Part shown: piece by piece, positions 25,701-40,300 of the stretch
Position numbering within the stretch: position 1 is the stretch's first letter
How the letters are laid out: each line of letters opens with the position of its first letter
Assembly (NCBI GenBank): GCA_964057225.1
Contig: OZ059896.1
Span: 5,766,001-5,830,000 of the forward strand
From: Auanema rhodensis
Taxonomy: Eukaryota; Animalia; Nematoda
Reading direction: 5' to 3'
Length of the DNA stretch: 64,000 nt
Notes under the pieces: generated by a model
Told to the model about the DNA's origin: nothing
Seen by the model: the letters and a program-made list of their open reading frames with translations, nothing else
Databases searched by the model: none
Translations under genes and position numbers: made by a program

Positions 25701-28700
25701 CTTTTTTCAAGGCAAAAACGATGGACAATGTTATTCAACGGAAAAATTAATTCTTCAGGGTGAAAATCGAGGATATAGGTGTGAACTTATATCAGTTGAT
25801 ATCTCGGTGCATTTTTAAGCTAGCGCAAATCTGATAACACAGATCGACGCAGCTTAAAAAACCGCATCGAATGCACTATATCACATTGAGAAACGCTTAA
25901 TACAAAAATTAGTTATGATCGTTTGAAAAATGATGCATTAGTGTATGTTGAGTTTCCATGTACACTCAAAATTGCTTCCAAAAACATTTTGACAAAAATT
26001 TTTTCCAAAAATTTCAAAATAATTTAGCAAAAAGTAGATGTTTTTAGATTCCTTTTTGCAAGGCAAAAACGATGGACAATGTTATTCAACGAAAAAATTA
26101 ATTCTTCAGGGTGAAAATCGAGGATATAGGTGTGAACTTATATCAGTTGATATCTCTGTGCATTTTCAAGCTAGCGCAAATCTGATAGTACAGATCGACG
26201 CAGCTTAAAAATCCGCATCGAATGCACTATATTACATCGAGTAAAGCTTAATACAAAAATTAGTTATGATCGTTTGAAAAATGATGCATTAGTGTATGTT
26301 GAGTTTCCATGTACACTCAAAATTGCTTCCAAAAACATTTTGACAAAAATTTTTTCGAAAAATTTCAAAATAATTTAGCAAAAAGTAGATGTTTTTAGAT
26401 TCCTTTTTTCAAGGCAAAAACGATGGACAATGTTATTCAACGGAAAAATTAATTCTTCAGGGTGAAAATCGAGGATATAGGTGTGAACTTATATCAGTTG
26501 ATATCTCGGTGCATTTTTAAGCTAGCGCAAATCTGATAACACAGATCGACGCAGCTTAAAAAACCGCATCGAATGCACTATATCACATTGAGAAACGCTT
26601 AATACAAAAATTAGTTATGATCGTTTGAAAAATGATGCATTAGTGTATGTTGAGTTTCCATGTACACTCAAAATTGCTTCCAAAAACATTTTGACAAAAA
26701 TTTTTTCGAAAAATTTCAAAATAATTTAGCAAAAAGTAGATGTTTTTAGATTTCTTTTTTCAAGGCAAAAACGATGGACAATGTTATTCAACGAAAAAAT
26801 TAATTCTTCAGGGTGAAAATCGAGGATATAAGTGTGAACTTATATCAGTTGATATCTCGGTGCATTTTTAAGCTAGCGCAAATCTGATAACACAGATCGA
26901 CGCAGCTTAAAAATCCGCATCGAATGCACTATATTACATTGAGTAAAGCTTAATACAAAAATTAGTTATGATCGTTTGAAAAATGATGCATTAGTGTATG
27001 TTGAGTTTCCATGTACACTCAAAATTGCTTCCAAAAACATTTTGACAAAAATTTTTTCGAAAAATTTCAAAATAATTTAGCAAAAAGTAGATGTTTTTAG
27101 ATTCCTTTTTTCAAGGCAAAAACGATGGACAATGTTATTCAACGGAAAAATTAATTCTTCAGGGTGAAAATCGAGGATATAGGTGTGAACTTATATCAGT
27201 TGATATCTCGGTGCATTTTTAAGCTAGCGCAAATCTGATAACACAGATCGACGCAGCTTAAAAAACCGCATCGAATGCACTATATCACATTGAGAAACGC
27301 TTAATACAAAAATTAGTTATGATCGTTTGAAAAATGATGCATTAGTGTATGTTGAGTTTCCATGTACACTCAAAATTGCTTCCAAAAACATTTTGACAAA
27401 AATTTTTTCCAAAAATTTCAAAATAATTTAGCAAAAAGTAGATGTTTTTAGATTCCTTTTTGCAAGGCAAAAACGATGGACAATGTTATTCAACGAAAAA
27501 ATTAATTCTTCAGGGTGAAAATCGAGGATATAGGTGTGAACTTATATCAGTTGATATCTCTGTGCATTTTCAAGCTAGCGCAAATCTGATAGTACAGATC
27601 GACGCAGCTTAAAAATCCGCATCGAATGCACTATATTACATCGAGTAAAGCTTAATACAAAAATTAGTTATGATCGTTTGAAAAATGATGCATTAGTGTA
27701 TGTTGAGTTTCCATGTACACTCAAAATTGCTTCCAAAAACATTTTGACAAAAATTTTTTCGAAAAATTTCAAAATAATTTAGCAAAAAGTAGATGTTTTT
27801 AGATTCCTTTTTTCAAGGCAAAAACGATGGACAATGTTATTCAACGAAAAAATTAATTCTTCAGGGTGAAAATCGAGGATATAAGTGTGAACTTATATCA
27901 GTTGATATCTCGGTGCATTTTTAAGCTAGCGCAAATCTGATTGTACAGATCGACGCAGCTTAAAAATCCACATCGAATGCACTATATTACATTGAGAAAA
28001 GCTAAATACAAAAATTAGTTATGATCGTTTGAAAAATGATGCATTAGTGTATGTTGAGTTTCCATGTACACTCAAAATTGCTTCCAAAAACATTTTGACA
28101 AAAATTTTTTCGAAAAATTTCAAAATAATTTAGTAGAAAGTAGATGTTTTTAGATTCCTTTTTTCAAGGCAAAAACGATGGACAATGTTATTCAACGAAA
28201 AAATCAATTTTTCAGGGTGAAAATCGAGGATATAAGTGTGAACTTATATCAGTTGATATCTCGGTGCATTTTTAAGCTAGCGCAAATCTGATAACACAGA
28301 TCGACGCAGCTTAAAAATCCGCATCGCATGCACTATATTACATTGAGAAAAGCTAAATACAAAAATTAGTTATGATCGTTTGAAAAATGATGCATTAGTG
28401 TATGTTGAGTTTCCATGTACACTCAAAATTTCTTCCAAAAACATTTTGACAAAAATTTTTTCGAAAAATTTCATAATAATTTAGCAAAAAGTAGATGTTT
28501 TTAGATTTCTTTTTTCAAGGCAAAAACGATGGACAATGTTATTCAACGAAAAAATTAATTCTTCAGGGTGAAAATCGAGGATATAAGTGTGAACTTATAT
28601 CAGTTGATATCTCGGTGCATTTTTAAGCTAGCGCAAATCTGATAACACAGATCGACGCAGCTTAAAAATCCGCATCGAATGCACTATATTACATTGAGAA

Positions 28701-29341
28701 AAGCTTAATACAAAAATTATTTATGATCGTTTGAAAAATGATGCATTAGTGTATGTTGAGTTTCCATGTACACTCAAAATTGCTTCCAAAAACATTTTGA
28801 CAAAAATTTTTTCGAAAAATTTCAAAATAATTTAGCAAAAAGTAGATGTTTTTAGATTCCTTTTTTCAAGGCAAAAACGATGGACAATGTCATTCAACGA
28901 AAAAATTAATTCTTCAGGGTGAAAATCGAGGATATAAGTGTGAACTTATATCAGTTGATATCTCGGTGCATTTTTAAGCTAGCGCAAATCTGATAACACA
29001 GATCGACGCAGCTTAAAAATCCGCATCGAATGCACTATACTACATTGAGAAACGCTTAATACAGAAATTAGTTATGATCGTTTGAAAAATGATGCATTAG
29101 TGTATGTTGAGTTTCCATGTACACTCAACATTGCTTCCAAAAACATTTTGACAAAAATTTTTTCGAAAAATTTCAAAATAATTTAGCAAAAAGTAGATGT
29201 TTTTAGATTCCTTTTTTCAAGGCAAAAACGATGGACAATGTTATTCAACGAAAAAATTAATTCTTCAGGGTGAAAATCGAGGATATAAGTGTGAACTTAT
29301 ATCAGTTGATATCTCTGTGCATTTTTAAGCTAGCGCAAATC

Positions 29342-29351
29342 CAATCAAATC
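29342..29351. other. Deletion junction of the 195-bp truncated monomer, copy 1 (166 bp lost, CAATCAAATC inserted)
   Basis: GCGCAAATC|CAATCAAATC|ATTTTTTCGAAAA. The next CAAATC ends at 29536, 195 bp after 29341. Confidence 0.93.
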
Positions 29352-32300
29352 ATTTTTTCGAAAAATTTCAAAATAATTTAGCAAAAAGTAGATGTTTTTA
29401 GATTCCTTTTTTCAAGGCAAAAACGATGGACAATGTTATTCAACGAAAAAATTAATTCTTCAGGGTGAAAACCGAGGATATAGGTGTGAACTTATATCAG
29501 TTGATATCTCGGTGCATTGTCAAGCTAGCGCAAATCTGATAGTACAGATCGACGCAGCTTAAAAATCCGCATCGAATGCACTATACTACATTGAGAAAAG
29601 CTAAATACAAAAATTAGTTATGATCGTTTGAAAAATGATGCATTAGTGTATGTTGAGTTTCCATGTACACTCAAAATTGCTTCCAAAAACATTTTGACAA
29701 AAATTTTTTCGAAAAATTTGAAAATAATTTAGCAAAAAGTAGATGTTTTTAGATTCCTTTTTTCAAGGCAAAAACGATGGACAATGTTATTCAACGAAAA
29801 AATTAATTCTTCAGGGTGAAAATCGAGGATATAGGTGTGAACTTATATCAGTTGATATCTCGGTGCATTGTCAAGCTAGCGCAAATCTGATAGTACAGAT
29901 CGACGCAGCTTAAAACTCCGCATCGAATGCACTATACTACATTGAGAAAAGCTAAATACAAAAATTAGTTATGATCGTTTGAAAAATGATGCATTAGTGT
30001 ATGTTGAGTTTCCATGTACACTCAAAATTGCTTCCAAAAACATTTTGACAAAAATTTTTTCGAAAAATTTGAAAATAATTTAGCAAAAAGTAGATGTTTT
30101 TAGATTCCTTTTTTCAAGGCAAAAACGATGGGCAATGTTATTCAACGAAAAAATTAATTCTTCAGGGTGAAAATCGAGGATATAGGTGTGAACTTATATC
30201 AGTTGATATCTCGGTGCATTGTCAAGCTAGCGCAAATCTGATAGTACAGATCGACGCAGCTTAAAAATCCGCATCGAATGCACTATACTTCATTGAGAAA
30301 CGCTTAATACAAAAATTAGTTATGATCGTTTGAAAAATGATGCATTAGTGTATGTTGGGTTTCCATGTACACTCAACATTGCTTCCAAAAACATTTTGAC
30401 AAAAATTTTTTCGAAAAATTTCAAAATAATTTAGCAAAAAGTAGATGTTTTTAGATTCCTTTTTTCAAGGCAAAGACGATGGACAATGTTATTCAACGAA
30501 AAAATTAATTCTTCAGGGTGAAAATCGAGGATATAGGTGTGAACTTATATCAGTTGATATCTCGGTGCATTTTCAAGCTAGCGCAAATCTGATAACACAG
30601 ATCGACGCAGCTTAAAAAACCGCATCGAATGCACTATATCACATTGAGAAACGCTTAATACAAAAATTAGTTATGATCGTTTGAAAAATGATGCATTAGT
30701 GTATGTTGAGTTTCCATGTACACTCAAAATTGCTTCCAAAAACATTTTGACAAAAATTTTTTCGAAAAATTTCAAAATAATTTAGCAAAAAGTAGAGGTT
30801 TTTAGATTTCTTTTTTCAAAGCAAAAACGATGGACAATGTTATTCAACGAAAAAATTAATTCTTCAGGGTGAAAATCGAGGATATAAGTGTGAACTTATA
30901 TCAGTTGATATCTCGGTGCATTTTTAAGCTAGCGCAAATCTGATAACACAGATCGACGCAGCTTAAAAATCCGCATCGAATGCACTATATTACATTGAGA
31001 AAAGCTTAATACAAAAATTAGTTATGATCGTTTGAAAAATGATGCATTAGTGTATGTTGAGTTTCCATGTACACTCAACATTGCTTCCAAAAACATTTTG
31101 ACAAAATTTTTTCGAAAAATTTCAGAATAATTTAGCAAAAAGTAGATGTTTTTAGATTCCTTTTTTCAAGGCAAAAACGATGGACAATGTTATTCAACGG
31201 AAAAATTAATTCTTCAGGGTGAAAATCGAGGATATAGGTGTGAACTTATATCAGTTGATATCTCGGTGCATTTTTAAGCTAGCGCAAATCTGATAACACA
31301 GATCGACGCAGCTTAAAAAACCGCATCGAATGCACTATATCACATTGAGAAACGCTTAATACAAAAATTAGTTATGATCGTTTGAAAAATGATGCATTAG
31401 TGTATGTTGAGTTTCCATGTACACTCAAAATTGCTTCCAAAAACATTTTGACAAAAATTTTTTCGAAAAATTTCAAAATAATTTAGTAAAAAGTAGATGT
31501 TTTTAGATTTCTTTTTTCAAGGCAAAAACGATGGACAATGTTATTCAACGAAAAAATTAATTCTTCAGGGTGAAAATCGAGGATATAAGTGTGAACTTAT
31601 ATCAGTTGATATCTCGGTGCATTTTTAAGCTAGCGCAAATCTGATAACACAGATCGACGCAGCTTAAAAAACCGCATCGAATGCACTATATCACATTGAG
31701 AAACGCTTAATACAAAAATTAGTTATGATCGTTTGAAAAATGATGCATTAGTGTATGTTGAGTTTCCATGTACACTCAACATTGCTTCCAAAAACATTTT
31801 GACAAAATTTTTTCGAAAAATTTCAGAATAATTTAGTAAAAAGTAGATGTTTTTAGATTTCTTTTTTCAAGGCAAAAACGATGGACAATGTTATTCAACG
31901 AAAAAATTAATTCTTCAGGGTGAAAATCGAGGATATAAGTGTGAACTTATATCAGTTGATATCTCGGTGCATTTTTAAGCTAGCGCAAATCTGATAACAC
32001 AGATCGACGCAGCTTAAAAAACCGCATCGAATGCACTATATCACATTGAGTAAAGCTTAATACAAAAATTAGTTATGATCGTTTGAAAAATGATGCATTA
32101 GTGTATGTTGAGTTTCCATGAACACTCAAAATTGCTTCCAAAAACATTTTGACAAAAATTTTTTCGAAAAATTTCAAAATAATTTAGCAAAAAGTAGATG
32201 TTTTTAGATTTCTTTTTTCAAGGCAAAAACGATGGACAATGTTATTCAACGAAAAAATTAATTCTTCAGGGTGAAAATCGAGGATATAAGTGTGAACTTA

Positions 32301-34097
32301 TATCAGTTGATATCTCGGTGCATTTTTAAGCTAGCGCAAATCTGATAACACAGATCGACGCAGCTTAAAAATCCGCATCGAATGCACTATATTACATTGA
32401 GTAAAGCTCAATACAAAAATTAGTTATGATCGTTTGAAAAATGATGCATTAGTGTATGTTGAGTTTCCATGTACACTCAAAATTGCTTCCAAAAACATTT
32501 TGACAAAAATGTTTTCCAAAAATTTCAAAATAATTTAGCAAAAAGTAGATGTTTTTAGATTCCTTTTTGCAAGGCAAAAACGATGGACAATGTTATTCAA
32601 CGAAAAAATTAATTCTTCAGGGTGAAAATCGAGGATATAAGTGTGAACTTATATCAGTTGATATCTCGGTGCATTTTTAAGCTAGCGCAAATCTGATAGT
32701 ACAGATCGACGCAGCTTAAAAATCCGCATCGAATGCACTATATTACATTGAGTAAAGCTTAATACAAAAATTAGTTATGATCGTTTGAAAAATGATGCAT
32801 TAGTGTATGTTGAGTTTCCATGTACACTCAAAATTGCTTCCAAAAACATTTTGACAAAAATTTTTTCGAAAAATTTCAAAATAATTTAGCAAAAAGTAGA
32901 TGTTTTTAGATTCCTTTTTTCGAGGCAAAAACGATGGACAATGTTATTCAACGAAAAAATTAATTCTTCAGGGTGAAAATCGAGGATATAAGTGTGAACT
33001 TATATCAGTTGATATCTCGGTGCATTTTTAAGCTAGCGCAAATCTGATAACACAGATCGACGCAGCTTAAAAATCCGCATCGAATGCACTATATTACATT
33101 GAGAAAAGCTTAATACAAAAATTATTTATGATCGTTTGAAAAATGATGCATTAGTGTATGTTGAGTTTCCATGTACACTCAAAATTGCTTCCAAAAACAT
33201 TTTGACAAAAATGTTTTCCAAAAATTTCAAAATAATTTAGCAAAAAGTAGATGTTTTTAGATTCCTTTTTGCAAGGCAAAAACGATGGACAATGTTATTC
33301 AACGAAAAAATTAATTCTTCAGGGTGAAAATCGAGGATATAAGTGTGAACTTATATCAGTTGATATCTCGGTGCATTTTTAAGCTAGCGCAAATCTGATA
33401 GTACAGATCGACGCAGCTTAAAAATCCGCATCGAATGCACTATATTACATTGAGTAAAGCTTAATACAAAAATTAGTTATGATCGTTTGAAAAATGATGC
33501 ATTAGTGTATGTTGAGTTTCCATGTACACTCAAAATTGCTTCCAAAAACATTTTGACAAAAATTTTTTCGAAAAATTTCAAAATAATTTAGCAAAAAGTA
33601 GATGTTTTTAGATTTCTTTTTTCGAGGCAAAAACGATGGACAATGTTATTCAACGAAAAAATTAATTCTTCAGGGTGAAAATCGAGGATATAAGTGTGAA
33701 CTTATATCAGTTGATATCTCGGTGCATTTTTAAGCTAGCGCAAATCTGATAACACAGATCGACGCAGCTTAAAAATCCGCATCGAATGCACTATATTACA
33801 TTGAGAAAAGCTTAATACAAAAATTATTTATGATCGTTTGAAAAATGATGCATTAGTGTATGTTGAGTTTCCATGTACACTCAAAATTGCTTCCAAAAAC
33901 ATTTTGACAAAAATTTTTTCGAAAAATTTCAAAATAATTTAGCAAAAAGTAGATGTTTTTAGATTCCTTTTTTCAAGGAAAAAACGATGGACAATGTTAT
34001 TCAACGAAAAAATTAATTCTTCAGGGTGAAAATCGAGGATATAAGTGTGAACTTATATCAGTTGATATCTCGGTGCATTTTTAAGCTAGCGCAAATC

Positions 34098-34107
34098 CAA
34101 TCAAATC
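34098..34107. other. Deletion junction of the truncated monomer, copy 2
   Basis: Identical junction GCAAATCCAATCAAATCATTTTTTCG. Confidence 0.93.
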
Positions 34108-36398
34108 ATTTTTTCGAAAAATTTCAAAATAATTTAGCAAAAAGTAGATGTTTTTAGATTCCTTTTTTCAAGGCAAAAACGATGGACAATGTTATTCAAC
34201 GAAAAAATTAATTCTTCAGGGTGAAAATCGAGGATATAGGTGTGAACTTATATCAGTTGATATCTCGGTGCATTGTCAAGCTAGCGCAAATCTGATAGTA
34301 CAGATCGACGCAGCTTAAAAATCCGCATCGAATGCACTATACTACATTGAGAAAAGCTAAATACAAAAATTAGTTATGATCGTTTGAAAAATGATGCATT
34401 AGTGTATGTTGAGTTTCCATGTACACTCAAAATTGCTTCCAAAAACATTTTGACAAAAATTTTTTCGAAAAATTTGAAAATAATTTAGCAAAAAGTAGAT
34501 GTTTTTAGATTCCTTTTTTCAAGGCAAAAACGATGGACAATGTTATTCAACGAAAAAATTAATTCTTCAGGGTGAAAATCGAGGATATAGGTGTGAACTT
34601 ATATCAGTTGATATCTCGGTGCATTTTCAAGCTAGCGCAAATCTGATAGTACAGATCGACGCAGCTTAAAAATCCGCATCGAATGCACTATACTACATTG
34701 AGAAACGCTTAATACAAAAATTAGTTATGATCGTTTGAAAAATGATGCATTAGTGTATGTTGGGTTTCCATGTACACTCAACATTGCTTCCAAAAACATT
34801 TTGACAAAAATTTTTTCGAAAAATTTCAAAATAATTTAGCAAAAAGTAGATGTTTTTAGATTCCTTTTTTCGAGGCAAAAACGATGGACAATGTTATTCA
34901 ACGAAAAAATTAATTCTTCAGGGTGAAAATCGAGGATATAAGTGTGAACTTATATCAGTTGATATCTCGGTGCATTTTTAAGCTAGCGCAAATCTGATAA
35001 CACAGATCGACGCAGCTTAAAAATCCGCATCGAATGCACTATATTACATTGAGAAAAGCTTAATACAAAAATTATTTATGATCGTTTGAAAAATGATGCA
35101 TTAGTGTATGTTGAGTTTCCATGTACACTCAAAATTGCTTCCAAAAACATTTTGACAAAACTTTTTTCGAAAAATTTCAAAATAATTTAGCAAAAAGTAG
35201 ATGTTTTTAGATTCCTTTTTTCAAGGAAAAAACGATGGACAATGTTATTCAACGAAAAAATTAATTCTTCAGGGTGAAAATCGAGGATATAAGTGTGAAC
35301 TTATATCAGTTGATATCTCGGTGCATTTTTAAGCTAGCGCAAATCTGATAACACAGATCGACGCAGCTTAAAAATCCGCATCGAATGCACTATATTACAT
35401 TGAGAAAAGCTTAATACAAAAATTATTTATGATCGTTTGAAAAATGATGCATTAGTGTATGTTGAGTTTCCATGTACACTCAAAATTGCTTCCAAAAACA
35501 TTTTGACAAAAATTTTTTCGAAAAATTTGAAAATAATTTAGCAAAAAGTAGATGTTTTTAGATTCCTTTTTTCAAGGCAAAAACGATGGACAATGTTATT
35601 CAACGAAAAAATTAATTCTTCAGGGTGAAAATCGAGGATATAGGTGTGAACTTATATCAGTTGATATCTCGGTGCATTTTCAAGCTAGCGCAAATCTGAT
35701 AGTACAGATCGACGCAGCTTAAAAATCCGCATCGAATGCACTATACTACATTGAGAAACGCTTAATACAAAAATTAGTTATGATCGTTTGAAAAATGATG
35801 CATTAGTGTATGTTGGGTTTCCATGTACACTCAACATTGCTTCCAAAAACATTTTGACAAAAATTTTTTCGAAAAATTTCAAAATAATTTAGCAAAAAGT
35901 AGATGTTTTTAGATTTCTTTTTTCAAGGCAAAAACGATGGACAATGTTATTCAACGAAAAAATTAATTCTTCAGGGTGAAAATCGAGGATATAAGTGTGA
36001 ACTTATATCAGTTGATATCTCGGTGCATTTTTAAGCTAGCGCAAATCTGATAACACAGATCGACGCAGCTTAAAAATCCGCATCGAATGCACTATACTAC
36101 ATTGAGAAACGCTTAATACAAAAATTAGTTATGATCGTTTGAAAAATGATGCATTAGTGTATGTTGAGTTTCCATGTACACTCAAAATTGCTTCCAAAAA
36201 CATTTTGACAAAAATTTTTTCGAAAAATTTCAAAATAATTTAGTAGAAAGTAGATGTTTTTAGATTCCTTTTTCCAAGGCAAAAACGATGGACAATGTTA
36301 TTCAACGAAAAAATTAATTCTTCAGGGTGAAAATCGAGGATATAAGTGTGAACTTATATCAGTTGATATCTCGGTGCATTTTTAAGCTAGCGCAAATC

Positions 36399-36408
36399 CA
36401 ATCAAATC
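36399..36408. other. Deletion junction of the truncated monomer, copy 3
   Basis: Identical junction sequence. Confidence 0.93.
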
Positions 36409-37294
36409 ATTTTTTCGAAAAATTTCAAAATAATTTAGCAAAAAGTAGATGTTTTTAGATTCCTTTTTTCAAGGCAAAAAAGATGGACAATGTTATTCAA
36501 CGAAAAAATTAATTCTTCAGGGTGAAAATCGAGGATATAGGTGTGAACTTATATCAGTTGATATCTCGGTGCATTGTCAAGCTAGCGCAAATCTGATAGT
36601 ACAGATCGACGCAGCTTAAAAATCCGCATCGAATGCACTATACTACATTGAGAAAAGCTAAATACAAAAAATAGTTATGATCGTTTGAAAAATGATGCAT
36701 TAGTGTATGTTGAGTTTCCATGTACACTCAAAATTGCTTCCAAAAACATTTTGACAAAAATTTTTTCGAAAAATTTCAAAATAATTTAGTAGAAAGTAGA
36801 TGTTTTTAGATTCCTTTTTCCAAGGCAAAAACGATGGACAATGTTATTCAACGAAAAAATCAATTCTTCAGGGTGAAAATCGAGGATATAAGTGTGAACT
36901 TATATCAGTTGATATCTCGGTGCATTTTTAAGCTAGCGCAAATCTGATAACACAGATCGACGCAGCTTAAAAAACCGCATCGAATGCACTATATCACATT
37001 GAGTAAAGCTTAATACAAAAATTAGTTATGATCGTTTGAAAAATGATGCATTAGTGTATGTTGAGTTTCCATGTACACTCAACATTGCTTCCAAAAACAT
37101 TTTGACAAAATTTTTTCGAAAAATTTCAGAATAATTTAGCAAAAAGTAGATGTTTTTAGATTTCTTTTTTCAAGGCAAAAACGATGGACAATGTTATTCA
37201 ACGAAAAAATTAATTCTTCAGGGTGAAAATCGAGGATATAAGTGTGAACTTATATCAGTTGATATCTCGGTGCATTTTTAAGCTAGCGCAAATC

Positions 37295-37304
37295 CAATCA
37301 AATC
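37295..37304. other. Deletion junction of the truncated monomer, copy 4
   Basis: Identical junction sequence. Confidence 0.93.
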
Positions 37305-40300
37305 ATTTTTTCGAAAAATTTCAAAATAATTTAGCAAAAAGTAGATGTTTTTAGATTCCTTTTTTCAAGGCAAAAACGATGGACAATGTTATTCAACGAA
37401 AAAATTAATTCTTCAGGGTGAAAATCGAGGATATAGGTGTGAACTTATATCAGTTGATATCTCGGTGCATTGTCAAGCTAGCGCAAATCTGATAGTACAG
37501 ATCGACGCAGCTTAAAAATCCGCATCGAATGCACTATACTACATTGAGAAAAGCTAAATACAAAAATTAGTTATGATCGTTTGAAAAATGATGCATTAGT
37601 GTATGTTGAGTTTCCATGTACACTCAAAATTGCTTCCAAAAACATTTTGACAAAAATTTTTTCGAAAAATTTGAAAATAATTTAGCAAAAAGTAGATGTT
37701 TTTAGATTTCTTTTTTCAAGGCAAAAACGATGGACAATGTTATTCAACGAAAAAATTAATTCTTCAGGGTGAAAATCGAGGATATAGGTGTGAACTTATA
37801 TCAGTTGATATCTCGGTGCATTTTCAAGCTAGCGCAAATCTGATAGTACAGATCGACGCAGCTTAAAAATCCGCATCGAATGCACTATACTACATTGAGA
37901 AACGCTTAATACAAAAATTAGTTATGATCGTTTGAAAAATGATGCATTAGTGTATGTTGGGTTTCCATGTACACTCAACATTGCTTCCAAAAACATTTTG
38001 ACAAAAATTTTTTCGAAAAATTTCAAAATAATTTAGCAAAAGTAGATGTTTTTAGATTTCTTTTTTCAAGGCAAAAACGATGGACAATGTTATTCAACGA
38101 AAAAATTAATTCTTCAGGGTGAAAATCGAGGATAAAAGTGTGAACTTATATCAGTTGATATCTCGGTGCATTTTTAAGCTAGCGCAAATCTGATAACACA
38201 GATCGACGCAGCTTAAAAAACCGCATCGAATGCACTATATCACATTGAGTAAAGCTTAATACAAAAATTAGTTATGATCGTTTGAAAAATGATGCATTAG
38301 TGTATGTTGAGTTTCCATGTACACTCAACATTGCTTCCAAAAACATTTTGACAAAATTTTTTCGAAAAATTTCAGAATAATTTAGCAAAAAGTAGATGTT
38401 TTTAGATTCCTTTTTTCAAGGCAAAAACGATGGACAATGTTATTCAACGGAAAAATTAATTCTTCAGGGTGAAAATCGAGGATATAGGTGTGAACTTATA
38501 TCAGTTGATATCTCGGTGCATTTTTAAGCTAGCGCAAATCTGATAACACAGATCGACGCAGCTTAAAAATCCGCATCGAATGCACTATACTACATTGAGA
38601 AAAGCTAAATACAAAAATTAGTTATGATCGTTTGAAAAATGATGCATTAGTGTATGTTGAGTTTCCATGTACACTCAAAATTGCTTCCAAAAACATTTTG
38701 ACAAAAATTTTTTCGAAAAATTTCAAAATAATTTAGCAAAAAGTAGATGTTTTTAGATTTCTTTTTTCAAGGCAAAAACGATGGACAATGTTATTCAACG
38801 AAAAAATTAATTCTTCAGGGTGAAAATCGAGGATATAAGTGTGAACTTATATCAGTTGATATCTCGGTGCATTTTTAAGCTAGCGCAAATCTGATAACAC
38901 AGATCGACGCAGCTTAAAAATCCGCATCGAATGCACTATATTACATTGAGTAAAGCTTAATACAAAAATTAGTTATGATCGTTTGAAAAATGATGCATTA
39001 GTGTATGTTGAGTTTCCATGTACACTCAAAATTGCTTCCAAAAACATTTTGACAAAAATGTTTTCCAAAAATTTCAAAATAATTTAGCAAAAAGTAGATG
39101 TTTTTAGATTCCTTTTTGCAAGGCAAAAACGATGGACAATGTTATTCAACGAAAAAATTAATTCTTCAGGGTGAAAATCGAGGATATAGGTGTGAACTTA
39201 TATCAGTTGATATCTCTGTGCATTTTCAAGCTAGCGCAAATCTGATAGTACAGATCGACGCAGCTTAAAAATCCGCATCGAATGCACTATATTACATTGA
39301 GTAAAGCTTAATACAAAAATTAGTTATGATCGTTTGAAAAATGATGCATTAGTGTATGTTGAGTTTCCATGTACACTCAAAATTGCTTAAAAAACATTTT
39401 GACAAAAATTTTTTCGAAAAATTTCAAAATAATTTAGCAAAAAGTAGATGTTTTTAGATTCCTTTTTTCGAGGCAAAAACGATGGACAATGTTATTCAAC
39501 GAAAAAATTAATTCTTCAGGGTGAAAATCGAGGATATAAGTGTGAACTTATATCAGTTGATATCTCGGTGCATTTTTAAGCTAGCGCAAATCTGATAACA
39601 CAGATCGACGCAGCTTAAAAATCCGCATCGAATGCACTATATTACATTGAGAAAAGCTTAATACAAAAATTATTTATGATCGTTTGAAAAATGATGCATT
39701 AGTGTATGTTGAGTTTCCATGTACACTCAAAATTGCTTCCAAAAACATTTTGACAAAAATTTTTTCGAAAAATTTCAAAATAATTTAGCAAAAAGTAGAT
39801 GTTTTTAGATTCCTTTTTTCAAGGCAAAAACGATGGACAATGTCATTCAACGAAAAAATTAATTCTTCAGGGTGAAAATCGAGGATATAAGTGTGAACTT
39901 ATATCAGTTGATATCTCGGTGCATTTTTAAGCTAGCGCAAATCTGATAACACAGATCGACGCAGCTTAAAAATCCGCATCGAATGCACTATACTACATTG
40001 AGAAAAGCTAAATACAAAAATTAGTTATGATCGTTTGAAAAATGATGCATTAGTGTATGTTGAGTTTCCATGTACACTCAACATTGCTTCCAAAAACATT
40101 TTGACAAAATTTTTTCGAAAAATTTCAGAATAATTTAGCAAAAAGTAGATGTTTTTAGATTCCTTTTTTCAAGGCAAAAACGATGGACAATGTTATTCAA
40201 CGGAAAAATTAATTCTTCAGGGTGAAAATCGAGGATATAGGTGTGAACTTATATCAGTTGATATCTCGGTGCATTTTTAAGCTAGCGCAAATCTGATAAC

